DNA from: Bacteriovoracaceae bacterium
Lineage (GTDB): Bacteria; Bdellovibrionota; Bacteriovoracia; Bacteriovoracales; Bacteriovoracaceae
Length of the DNA: 43,747 nt
Reading direction: 5' to 3'
Assembly (NCBI GenBank): GCA_049599895.1
Contig: JBMYPC010000007.1
Span: forward strand, 1 to 43,747
Below, in pieces: positions 35,429-43,747 of this stretch (position 1 is its first letter; each line of letters opens with the position of its first letter). The notes beneath the pieces were generated by a model that was given only the letters and a program-made list of their open reading frames with translations, was not told the origin of the DNA and searched no databases. The position numbers were made by a program, and so were the translations under genes.

Positions 35429-37511
35429 AGTTAAAAATATCATCAACATTTTTAAAAAAGAGTTCATTGAAACTTTTCGTGACAAGGCCTTTATTTATAC
35501 AAACTTCATTGGACCTCTCATCTTTTTTCCTATTCTTTTAATTCTCATCGGTGAGATCGCTTCACTAAAGGTCGATAAACTCAAAAAAGAAACTTACAAG
35601 ATTGGAATTGTTAACAATCAAAAAGAGTTTAATCTCTCAGAGCTATTGCTTGATCATAAAAAAATCAAAGATAAGGTCCAAATTTTAACCTCGACTTCTC
35701 TTAAAGACTTCATCGAGAAAAAAGAGATTAACTTTGATCAAAAAGTTCTGGGCCAAGAGCAAAGAAAAAGTATTAAGGATTATATAAAAAAAGAAAAACT
35801 TGATCTCATTCTCTATCTTCCAAAACCTAAAAAAACAAATGACCAAGTCATTCTTTATAGTTTCTATGATTTTACAAACTCTAAGTCCACGAGAATCCAC
35901 AAAGCTGCAAATAAGATCGTCGAGACTCAGGCAAAACAAATCTTGGAAAAAACCCTAAAGCAGTATAGTCTCACCAAAGAAAGTTTAAACCCTTTTATCA
36001 TTGAAGAGCTGAATCTAAGATCAAAAGATCAGACCTGGGGACATTCACTAGGTGTAATCATTAGCTTTTTTATTATTTTCTTATTAATCACAGCAATTCA
36101 TAACCCTGCCATTAATTCGACAATCGGAGAGAGAGACAGAAAAACTCTTAACTTTCTTTTGATGTCACCCCTCAGTACTCGAGAAATCTTACTTGGAAAA
36201 TACCTCAACATTGCCTGTCAGGGTCTCTTGGCCTTAATCCCCTATGCCTTTCAAATGGTCATTGCTTATTTTAGCTTTTCCGAGCTTAATATCTTTACTC
36301 AACTTCAGGCCCTTAATGAGCCAAAAAGTCTTTTGTTCATCCTTCTTTTAGTTTTTAGTACATCACTTTTTCTTTCATCACTTTCTTTTCTTCTGACCTG
36401 TCTTGCGAAAACGATGGCCCAGGCCCAAACGATGCTCAGTTTTATTATTTTTATGGTCTTCCTTCCCATGGGAATCATTAAAGGACTTAGCCTTAGTGCA
36501 GTCTCGCCTTATCAGTTTTTTCCTTTAATTAATTTCTCTCTCTCATTACAAGACATTCTCATGGGCTCAGGTCATACAAACTTCTATATTCTGAGTATTG
36601 CTGCAAATTTAGTCATTTCTTTTTCATTTATTGTTTATGCTGATTATTTCTTTAAGGCGCAAAACATCCTTTCAAAGGGTGATGCTGGTTTTAGTGAGAT
36701 GATGAGTCTTAAGAAAACAAAAATTACTGAAAGTAATCCCACAATCTCGTTTTTACTTGCTATCTTTATTCCCTTTCTCATTGTTAATTCCAAGAGTTTA
36801 AACTTTATCAAAGAACAAACCCTTTATCTCATTCTTTTTCATACAATTTTTGCCAATGTCATCTCAAGTATTATGCTCTTAAGGTTTTATAAACTCGATA
36901 TAAAGAAATCGATTGGACTTTCCTCATCGAGCACAAAATACTACCTTTCTAGTATTCTTATCGTTTTAGGATTAACTCCGCTTTTATCAATTATGCTTCC
37001 ACATTCAGAAGAACAAACTGGGCTTATTAAACTTCTCACTTCTGTAAATCTCACCGATAAGAACTATCCGGTGTGGCTGCAAATACTCTTTCTTTCCATC
37101 CTTCCAAGTATTGCCGAGGGAGTTTCTTATCGAGGGGTTATCTTGAGAGGTCTCAAAAAGAAGTTTCCTCTATTTGTCACTTGTTTTACAGCTTCTCTAT
37201 TTTACGTTCTTTCAAACTTTTCACTTACAACAACATTCCCTCTATTGGTCCTAGGTTTCTTTTTGAGCTTCATTGCCCTTAAAGCTGACTCTGTCTATCC
37301 TTCAATTTTTGCGCAAATTTTGTTTTCAAGTACAGCAATTTTGACTTCAAAAGTTCCTTTTTTAAATGTGAATCTTTATGCTTTTGAAGAAAAGATTTTC
37401 CTCGCCATTATAGGTCTTATCATTTTAGCATCAGGAATCATCTTGCTTAATGATAAGCAAGAGGGATCAAACGAAAACAAAGAAAGTTTTTCGAATAAGA
37501 ATGCCGCTTAA
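35421..37511 (+). CDS. ABC-2 permease (NatB-like) fused to a degenerate CPBP/CAAX-protease domain
   Basis: IFKKEFIETFRD and IGERDRKTL..LLMSPLS...ILLGK. C-terminal PSIAEGVSYRGVIL. The start is probably the TTG at 35421, overlapping the ATPase stop. Confidence 0.85.
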   Translation: MIKVKNIINIFKKEFIETFRDKAFIYTNFIGPLIFFPILLILIGEIASLKVDKLKKETYKIGIVNNQKEFNLSELLLDHKKIKDKVQILTSTSLKDFIEKKEINFDQKVLGQEQRKSIKDYIKKEKLDLILYLPKPKKTNDQVILYSFYDFTNSKSTRIHKAANKIVETQAKQILEKTLKQYSLTKESLNPFIIEELNLRSKDQTWGHSLGVIISFFIIFLLITAIHNPAINSTIGERDRKTLNFLLMSPLSTREILLGKYLNIACQGLLALIPYAFQMVIAYFSFSELNIFTQLQALNEPKSLLFILLLVFSTSLFLSSLSFLLTCLAKTMAQAQTMLSFIIFMVFLPMGIIKGLSLSAVSPYQFFPLINFSLSLQDILMGSGHTNFYILSIAANLVISFSFIVYADYFFKAQNILSKGDAGFSEMMSLKKTKITESNPTISFLLAIFIPFLIVNSKSLNFIKEQTLYLILFHTIFANVISSIMLLRFYKLDIKKSIGLSSSSTKYYLSSILIVLGLTPLLSIMLPHSEEQTGLIKLLTSVNLTDKNYPVWLQILFLSILPSIAEGVSYRGVILRGLKKKFPLFVTCFTASLFYVLSNFSLTTTFPLLVLGFFLSFIALKADSVYPSIFAQILFSSTAILTSKVPFLNVNLYAFEEKIFLAIIGLIILASGIILLNDKQEGSNENKESFSNKNAA

Positions 37512-38953
37512 AGTTCTTTTAGAGTTTTTACTCGGGCCTTGAGGATTTCAACAGGAGTCAATTTCATCAAGGTCTTAAGATCAGGTCCTTCAGAGTTAAG
37601 AGTCATCACAACTCTTAATCCTTTAAAGAGCGGCTTTCCTTTAATTCCAGACTTTTTAATCTCACTCATGAGATTTGAAAATTGCTCTTCCTCTAGAAAT
37701 GGTTGATCTTGAATCTCATCAAAAAGAAGCTTGCTGGCAAAATTGATAATCTGAGTAGTGCTTTCAAGAGAAATGAGTTCTGAAAATTCTTCACTTTTCA
37801 CTATTTCTTTTCGAAAAAGATCTGAGAGTTTGTCATCATAATTTTTTATAAACTCAACTTTGTCTTGAAAGAAACTTATAAATAAAGACTTCCAATCGTC
37901 ACTTTGTCCTTGGAAAAGTTCATTACTTTTTAATAGCTCCGAAACTTTCTCATTAAGTACTTGAAGCTCCATCTTTTTAATATGTTCACCGTTGAAATGA
38001 ATGAGCTTTTTAATATCGTAAAGCGATGAAGACTTTGAGAAACGCTCAAGGTTAAAAACTTTCGATGCTTCTTCAAGAGTGAAGATATCCACTTCATCAG
38101 GGTGGGACCAACCGAGGAGACAAAGGTAGTTATTGAGGGCCTCTGGAAGAAATCCATCATCCTGATATTGAGAAACAGATGTAGCCCCATGACGCTTTGA
38201 AAGCTTTTGGCGGTCCTCACCGACTAATAGACTCACATGAGCAAACTCAGGAGTTTTTGCATCGAGGGCCTCATAAATCATAAGCTGTCTTAAAGTATTA
38301 TTAAGATGATCTTCAGCTCGTATCACATGAGAAATTTCCATTAAATGATCGTCTATAACACAACAGAAATTATAAACCGGCATTTTATTTGATCGAATGA
38401 TTACAAAATCCCCAACCATATCTTCAGGAAAAGTGACCTCTCCTCTGACAAGGTCAGTGAAAGTGTATTTTTTCTTAGGGTTTTTAAAGCGAATCACATA
38501 TTCTTCACCAGCATCAATACGTTTTTGTGCTTCATCTTTAGAAAGGTCTCTATAGCGTCCATGGTAAAAATGATGAGGCTTTTCTTCACTCTTAGCTTTT
38601 TCTGTTAATTCTTCAAGATCGTCTTCAGTTAAAAAACAAGGATAAGCGACTCCTTTCTCAACGAACTCACTAGCATAGCGAGTATAAATCTCTGTGCGTT
38701 CAGATTGCCTATAAGGCCCATGCTTTCCAGGCTTTTCAGGAGATTCATCATAATCAATACCAAGCCAGGCCAAATCTTCAATCTGAGACTCTTCATATTC
38801 TCTTTTTGATCTTTCAAGATCTGTATCTTCAACTCTTAAAATATTTGTTCCATTATTGGCCTTAGCAAAAAGATAACTATAAAGAGCTGTTCTTGCTCCA
38901 CCAATATGAAGATATCCTGTGGGACTTGGGGCAAACCTTACACGTACACTCAC
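37508..38953 (-). CDS. gltX: Glutamate--tRNA ligase
   Basis: RVRFAPSPTGYLHIGG, GPYRQSER and KLSKRHG. Confidence 0.97.
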   Translation of the reverse strand: MSVRVRFAPSPTGYLHIGGARTALYSYLFAKANNGTNILRVEDTDLERSKREYEESQIEDLAWLGIDYDESPEKPGKHGPYRQSERTEIYTRYASEFVEKGVAYPCFLTEDDLEELTEKAKSEEKPHHFYHGRYRDLSKDEAQKRIDAGEEYVIRFKNPKKKYTFTDLVRGEVTFPEDMVGDFVIIRSNKMPVYNFCCVIDDHLMEISHVIRAEDHLNNTLRQLMIYEALDAKTPEFAHVSLLVGEDRQKLSKRHGATSVSQYQDDGFLPEALNNYLCLLGWSHPDEVDIFTLEEASKVFNLERFSKSSSLYDIKKLIHFNGEHIKKMELQVLNEKVSELLKSNELFQGQSDDWKSLFISFFQDKVEFIKNYDDKLSDLFRKEIVKSEEFSELISLESTTQIINFASKLLFDEIQDQPFLEEEQFSNLMSEIKKSGIKGKPLFKGLRVVMTLNSEGPDLKTLMKLTPVEILKARVKTLKEL

Positions 38954-38972
38954 GACTATTCCTTAACTTTAA

Positions 38973-40697
38973 TTATGAATTAAATTGGCCTTCAATTTTC
39001 GACCAAGTATCTTTTAATGTCATCGTTCGATTAAAGATCATTTGATCTTTCTTCGAATCCTGATCGACTATAAAATAACCAACTCGCTCAAACTGAAAAC
39101 GATCTCCAGGACTTGAACTTTCGAGTCCTTTTTCAGCAAAACCATCGACTGTTTTAAGAGAGTCTGGGTTTAAAAAGTCTTTGAAGCTCTTTTCTTTATC
39201 AGCAAAAGGGTTTGGAACAGTGAAAAGGCGATCATAGAGATTGATTTTAACAGGAACATTCTCGGTGGCTGAAACCCAGTGAATAATTCCCTTCACCTTT
39301 TTCATTCCCTCAGGAGTCACTCCTCCAAAGCTGTCTTTATGATAAGAACAGCGAAGTTCAGTGATCTCACCTTGATCATCTTTGATAACTTCATCACACG
39401 TAATGACATAGGCGTAACGAAGTCTGACACTTTTTCCAGGAGAGAGTCTGAAATATTTCTTTGGTGGATCCTCCATAAAGTCATCACGGTCAATATAGAT
39501 TTCTTTTGTAAAGGGAACTTTTCTTGAACCAAAACTTTCATCCTTTGGATGAAAGGCACAGTCAATCTCATGAACCTCATCTTCAGGATAATTTGTAATC
39601 ACAACTTTTAACGGGTTTACAACACCAAAAACACGAGGAGAAATTTTTCCTAAGTCTTCTCGAACCGCATGCTCTAAAGTGCTAAGAGTGATAATACTAT
39701 CTTTTTTGGTGACCCCAACAGCATGAGCAAAGTTTCGAATCGCTGTAGGAGTCACCCCTCTTCTTCTTAAGCCCCTAACAGTAGGCATTCGAGGGTCGTC
39801 CCAGCCCGAAACAATTCCCTCATTCACCATTTGAAGAAGATAGCGTTTTCCCATGACCGTAAAATCAAGCTTAAGTTTGGCAAACTCAATTTGCTGCGGC
39901 TTTCGCTCCATCTCACATTCGTTTATAACCCAATTATAAAGTGGTCTATGATCTTCAAACTCAAGTGTACAGATAGAATGAGTAATTCCCTCAATGGCAT
40001 CAGAAAGACAGTGAGTAAAATCGTACATGGGATAGATTGGCCATTTGTCACCGGTTCTTTGATGATGGACTTTTCGAATCCGATAAAGAATGGGATCCCT
40101 CATTTTAATATTTGGGGAACCCATATCAATCTTCGCTCGAAGACTATATTTCCCCTCTTCAAACTCTCCCTCACGCATACGTTTAAAGAGATCAATATTT
40201 TCCTCAATTGGTCTGTCTCGCCAAGGACTTGGCTTTCCAGGCTCTTTTAAAGTTCCTCGATACTCTCGCATTTGTTCTGCTGTAAGCTCACAAACAAAGG
40301 CCTTATCTTTTTTTATTAGCTCTACTGCCAGATCATAAAGCTTTTCAAAATAATCTGAAGCGAAGTAAAGATGGTTTTCGTAATCAGCACCAAGCCACTT
40401 AACATCTTCTTTGATGGCCTCTACATACTTCTCATCTTCTTTTTCTGGATTGGTGTCATCAAAACGAAGGTGAAACCGACCATTATAGTCCTCTGCTAAT
40501 GAGTGGTTCAGAATAATAGACTTTGAGTGTCCGATATGAAGAAAACCATTGGGCTCAGGTGGAAACCGAGTGACAACCTGGCCATCATTTTTTCCATTTT
40601 GAATATCAGTTTCAATGATATTTTTAATGAAATGAGAAGCTTTAACCGCTTCTGGGCCCTCTGAGCTTTTTTCTTTATTTTTGTCCGTATCAGTCAC
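38973..40697 (-). CDS. glnS: Glutamine--tRNA ligase
   Basis: TRFPPEPNGFLHIGH, LRFDDTNP, YPMYDFTH, THSICTLEF, GWDDPRMPT and FQFERVGYF. Confidence 0.97.
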   Translation of the reverse strand: MTDTDKNKEKSSEGPEAVKASHFIKNIIETDIQNGKNDGQVVTRFPPEPNGFLHIGHSKSIILNHSLAEDYNGRFHLRFDDTNPEKEDEKYVEAIKEDVKWLGADYENHLYFASDYFEKLYDLAVELIKKDKAFVCELTAEQMREYRGTLKEPGKPSPWRDRPIEENIDLFKRMREGEFEEGKYSLRAKIDMGSPNIKMRDPILYRIRKVHHQRTGDKWPIYPMYDFTHCLSDAIEGITHSICTLEFEDHRPLYNWVINECEMERKPQQIEFAKLKLDFTVMGKRYLLQMVNEGIVSGWDDPRMPTVRGLRRRGVTPTAIRNFAHAVGVTKKDSIITLSTLEHAVREDLGKISPRVFGVVNPLKVVITNYPEDEVHEIDCAFHPKDESFGSRKVPFTKEIYIDRDDFMEDPPKKYFRLSPGKSVRLRYAYVITCDEVIKDDQGEITELRCSYHKDSFGGVTPEGMKKVKGIIHWVSATENVPVKINLYDRLFTVPNPFADKEKSFKDFLNPDSLKTVDGFAEKGLESSSPGDRFQFERVGYFIVDQDSKKDQMIFNRTMTLKDTWSKIEGQFNS

Positions 40698-40878
40698 TGT
40701 TTTTCATCTCCAAATGATTGATAAAATTAATAGCTCCTATCATACAGCGCTCTTGAAACCCTGACTATACTATTTCCCAAAATCACAGTGCGTTATTAAA
40801 GACTCAAAGGCTATGAATTTATGCCAATGATTATTATAATCAATCTAAGAATTTTCTTTTTTTAAAGGACTTAAGCTC

Positions 40879-42507
40879 ATGCTTTCAAATAACAAAAAAT
40901 TAAAGCCTACTTACCTTCTTTTCCTGGCATTTAGTCTTGGGTTTATAGGTTGTAAATCCACTCCAAAGCATGTGAAGCATCTCAAACTTTCAGAAACTTT
41001 CTGCCAGGATGTCCTTGGGAAAGATTCAGAAAAAACCTTCACTGAATCTCGTTACAAAAGACTTTTCTCTGAAGATTATCGAAACCATCTTTCCTACTCA
41101 AAAATGCAGGCCACAAGTCAAGGCCTAAAAGAGCTCTTCGGGTATTGCCTTAAAGTTGAAGACGTTACAACTCAAGGCGCAATCACAATTCTCACATCTC
41201 AAAATAAAAAGGTTCAACTCACTCTCACCACTGATGGAAATGCGAAGTCCATCACCTCTTTTAACTACCATCGCCATAGTGAAGCAGATAACTCCTTAAT
41301 GAAAAAGGCCAATTTTATTTGCTCTCAAATTAAAGCAAATCCAAGTTTTAACTATGAAGAACACTTTGGAGAGAACTTTCGAAAGGCGATTCCAAAAAGT
41401 CGCTTAGTTGGAATTTTAAAAAGCCTGCATAAGCAATATGGAAATTGTAAGCAGATCGAAAAAGAAAAAGATGAACTTGTGAAAGAATTCTATACCGAGC
41501 ATAAAAATGAGAAAAAGCTTCATTTTAACATTGCTCTTGAAAATGAAGGTCAAAGGCCATTAATAAGCTCTCTTCTCTATCGAGGAGAAAAGCTTCAAAT
41601 TAAAGAACTTAAAAGCGCAAGAGATATTAAAAACGAGCTCAAAAAGATCTCGGGCAAAACAAGTCTTCTTTTAATGGATGAAAACGAAAAAGTGATCATT
41701 AAACATAATCATGAGGCCATTACACCACTTGGTTCTGTTTTTAAACTTTTTGTTCTTGAGGCATTAGCTGAAGAAATTAAGCAAGGGAGAATTTCTTGGG
41801 ATGATCAGATCAAGATTGAAAATTCTTTTAAATCTCTCCCATCTGGGATTATGCAAAACTATAAAAAAGGAAAAAAAGTCACGGTCTTCGATGCCGCTGA
41901 GAAAATGCTTAGTATCTCTGACAATACCGCGACTGATCACCTCATCGAGCTTATTGGAAAAAGAAAAATCGAAAAGCACATTGCAGGCCTTCCCTTTGTG
42001 AAAAACAAACAAGGACTCACTCCTTTTCTTAAAACCAGAGAGCTTTTTTTAGTTCGAGCTTTTTGGGATGAGCAAACGACAAGTGCCTATGCTAAATCGA
42101 GCGCAACTAAAAGAAGAATGATGCTGGCTAATCTTAAAACGAAAATCTCCAATAAATCACTCATGGATAAACTCAGTACTTGGTCAAGTCCCCGCAGTAT
42201 CTACGATATTGAGTGGTTTTCAACACCACTAGAAGTCTGTCAGCTTCTGGTTCACTTAAACAAAAGAAATAATGAAAAAATAAACCAAGTCCTAAGTCCT
42301 AACTCCTCTCAAAATGAGGATGTCCCTTATGTTGCTTACAAAGGGGGAAGTGAGCCTGGAGTTCTCCAGCAAAGTTACTTGATCAAAAATAAAAATAAAC
42401 CGGCTCAATGCCTCTATGTTGGTAATACTAAAAAAGATTCAAAGATTGTTCAAAACGAGGTTTTAGGATTTTCTCAGTCTGTTCTTAAATGGGCGCTAAA
42501 AAACTAG
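40879..42507 (+). CDS. Lipoprotein serine hydrolase, class A beta-lactamase-like fold with two N-terminal repeats (LpqF-like architecture)
   Basis: Lipobox FIG-C, SxxK (GSVFK), SDN (ISDNTATD) and K-G-G (YKGGSEPG). Two similar N-terminal modules F(S/G)E.(Y/F)R...L...(F/Y)G.C. Confidence 0.8.
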   Translation: MLSNNKKLKPTYLLFLAFSLGFIGCKSTPKHVKHLKLSETFCQDVLGKDSEKTFTESRYKRLFSEDYRNHLSYSKMQATSQGLKELFGYCLKVEDVTTQGAITILTSQNKKVQLTLTTDGNAKSITSFNYHRHSEADNSLMKKANFICSQIKANPSFNYEEHFGENFRKAIPKSRLVGILKSLHKQYGNCKQIEKEKDELVKEFYTEHKNEKKLHFNIALENEGQRPLISSLLYRGEKLQIKELKSARDIKNELKKISGKTSLLLMDENEKVIIKHNHEAITPLGSVFKLFVLEALAEEIKQGRISWDDQIKIENSFKSLPSGIMQNYKKGKKVTVFDAAEKMLSISDNTATDHLIELIGKRKIEKHIAGLPFVKNKQGLTPFLKTRELFLVRAFWDEQTTSAYAKSSATKRRMMLANLKTKISNKSLMDKLSTWSSPRSIYDIEWFSTPLEVCQLLVHLNKRNNEKINQVLSPNSSQNEDVPYVAYKGGSEPGVLQQSYLIKNKNKPAQCLYVGNTKKDSKIVQNEVLGFSQSVLKWALKN

Positions 42508-42519
42508 AAATAACAGAGG

Positions 42520-43101
42520 CTATTCATTTAAAACAGAAATGGCCGTGTAATCTCCAACAATCGGCAGATCACGAATTGTCAGCTCGACTTTGACAAAACC
42601 AAGAGATGCGACAGTTGGGTGGTAATAGAAAATTCCCTGCCATTCATTATCATGAGGCTTAACCAGGACTTTATAACAATCAGAAAACCCTTCAGCATCC
42701 TCCATTCCTAAGAATGTCATCGTCGCCTTTTCATGTTTCATGATCTTTTGGTCTCGAAGATTCATATAGCCGTCTTCAACGGTCATATCTTCAGGCAACA
42801 ATTGATCAATTTGTCCTTGCCTGTCTTTCTTTGGAAGAGGGACTAAAATCTTTGGCCTTATCTTATAACGAATATGCGCCATGACCTTCCCTTCTTCTCG
42901 GGGAGTCCACGAAAGTTTAATTCTTCCAGATTTATGAAGTTTTCCTCTGAGGATTTTATGAGTAATAACATTACTCTCATCCCATTTCGGTCCTGTGTCT
43001 TTATCAGCACCGGTATCGACTTGGTGATCACTTGCTAACGCAAAGTTTAATAGAGAAAAGAAAACAAATAGACACCCTAATCCTAAAGCCTTGGATTTCA
43101 T
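42520..43101 (-). CDS. Secreted hypothetical protein
   Basis: Signal peptide ending ALA-S, 193 aa, no motif recognised. Confidence 0.7.
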   Translation of the reverse strand: MKSKALGLGCLFVFFSLLNFALASDHQVDTGADKDTGPKWDESNVITHKILRGKLHKSGRIKLSWTPREEGKVMAHIRYKIRPKILVPLPKKDRQGQIDQLLPEDMTVEDGYMNLRDQKIMKHEKATMTFLGMEDAEGFSDCYKVLVKPHDNEWQGIFYYHPTVASLGFVKVELTIRDLPIVGDYTAISVLNE

Positions 43102-43354
43102 TTAACGCCCCTGTGAAATTTTTTGGACGTTATTATGAAAGCGAAATACTCAAACGATGACTAGACCAACAGCGTTATTACTTTGAAACTAAGTCAGCTT
43201 CTTGGACATTCTTGAGCCCATTAGTTGGCAAGAAAAAAAAGTGTAACAATTGATAGGAATAATAACTTCAAGGCCGGCTCCTTTCTTTTCAACTTCCCTA
43301 TTCAGTCATCAATTCAATGTGAACCTGTGGTCAATTGTGTCTAGGTTTTGAGAG

Positions 43355-43511
43355 AGTAGGACTATATACTGAAAACGGCTGAGTTTTCAGGCTTTCACTG
43401 AGCAGCAAAAGTGTCCAGCGGACAGTTTTGATGACCAGGGAATCTCTTAAAGCGTCAGCGCTCGGTCTTTCGAAGTCCCTTTAATTGAAACTTAAACCAG
43501 TAGGACTATAT
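43355..43511. repeat. 13-bp direct repeats enclosing a hairpin-rich segment
   Basis: AGTAGGACTATAT at 43355-43367 and 43499-43511. Internal inverted repeats at 43369-43390 and 43406-43430. Confidence 0.7.
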
Positions 43512-43747
43512 TGAATAAGTTAATCCAAGAAGCTAAAACTATACTCAGGCAAAATGACCAGGGTCGTTATACAGTCCCCTCGAAAAAACTCTATCCCCAT
43601 ATGTGGGCCTGGGACAGTGTCTTTGCCTCAATGGGCTGGGCCCATATCGATATTGCTCGAGCTCAAACAGAACTTGAAGCTCACCTTGACACAGCCTGGG
43701 AAAACGGAATGATTCCACATATTGTTTTTAACCAAAAATATATCGCT
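43511..43747 (+). CDS. GH63/MGH1-like glycoside hydrolase, N-terminal part (runs off the window, absent from the ORF track)
   Basis: TTG after AGGA. Manual translation: MNKLIQEAKTILRQNDQGRYTVPSKKLYPHMWAWDSVFASMGWAHIDIARAQTELEAHLDTAWENGMIPHIVFNQKYIA, with the family motifs YPHxWxWDS and W.NGMIPHIVF. Confidence 0.85.
   Translation, partial: MNKLIQEAKTILRQNDQGRYTVPSKKLYPHMWAWDSVFASMGWAHIDIARAQTELEAHLDTAWENGMIPHIVFNQKYIA

Noticed and set aside
182..42012. Numerous 60-146 aa ORFs nested in or antisense to long genes
   Set aside because: They are shadow ORFs of well-supported genes, with no recognisable motifs or RBS.
43431..43563. 10-bp repeat ATGACCAGGG, considered with the 13-bp repeat as a possible CRISPR remnant
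   Set aside because: Only two short copies, one inside the GH63 coding frame, with no regular spacers and no cas genes.

Overview
AT-rich bacterial chromosome segment. The gene content and the many Lys-rich secreted hypothetical proteins suggest Bdellovibrionota (Bacteriovorax/Halobacteriovorax-like); this is an inference and no marker search was run. Housekeeping genes are a fused 2-oxoacid dehydrogenase E1, fbaA, pepN, speB-speA, ilvA and glnS-gltX. Five things stand out. (1) A six-gene sphingolipid locus at 16.5-22.3 kb: serine palmitoyltransferase, GNAT ceramide synthase-like and ceramide reductase-like genes, facing an FA2H/Scs7-type hydroxylase and an atypical PAP2 enzyme, beside a secreted START-like protein. 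(2) A possible light regulon: an intact LOV photosensor with a His-less DHp-like tail, a CarH/LitR-like MerR-B12 regulator with a changed W-x9-EH motif, and TnnACA-type phased repeats upstream of both loci. (3) Four sigma28-like promoters in front of envelope genes. (4) Two related GLUG-type surface lipoproteins, one coupled to a FecR/beta-barrel gene. (5) A structured 144-bp element bounded by 13-bp direct repeats, in front of a GH63-like gene that the ORF track missed. No rRNA, tRNA, CRISPR array or transposase was recognised.
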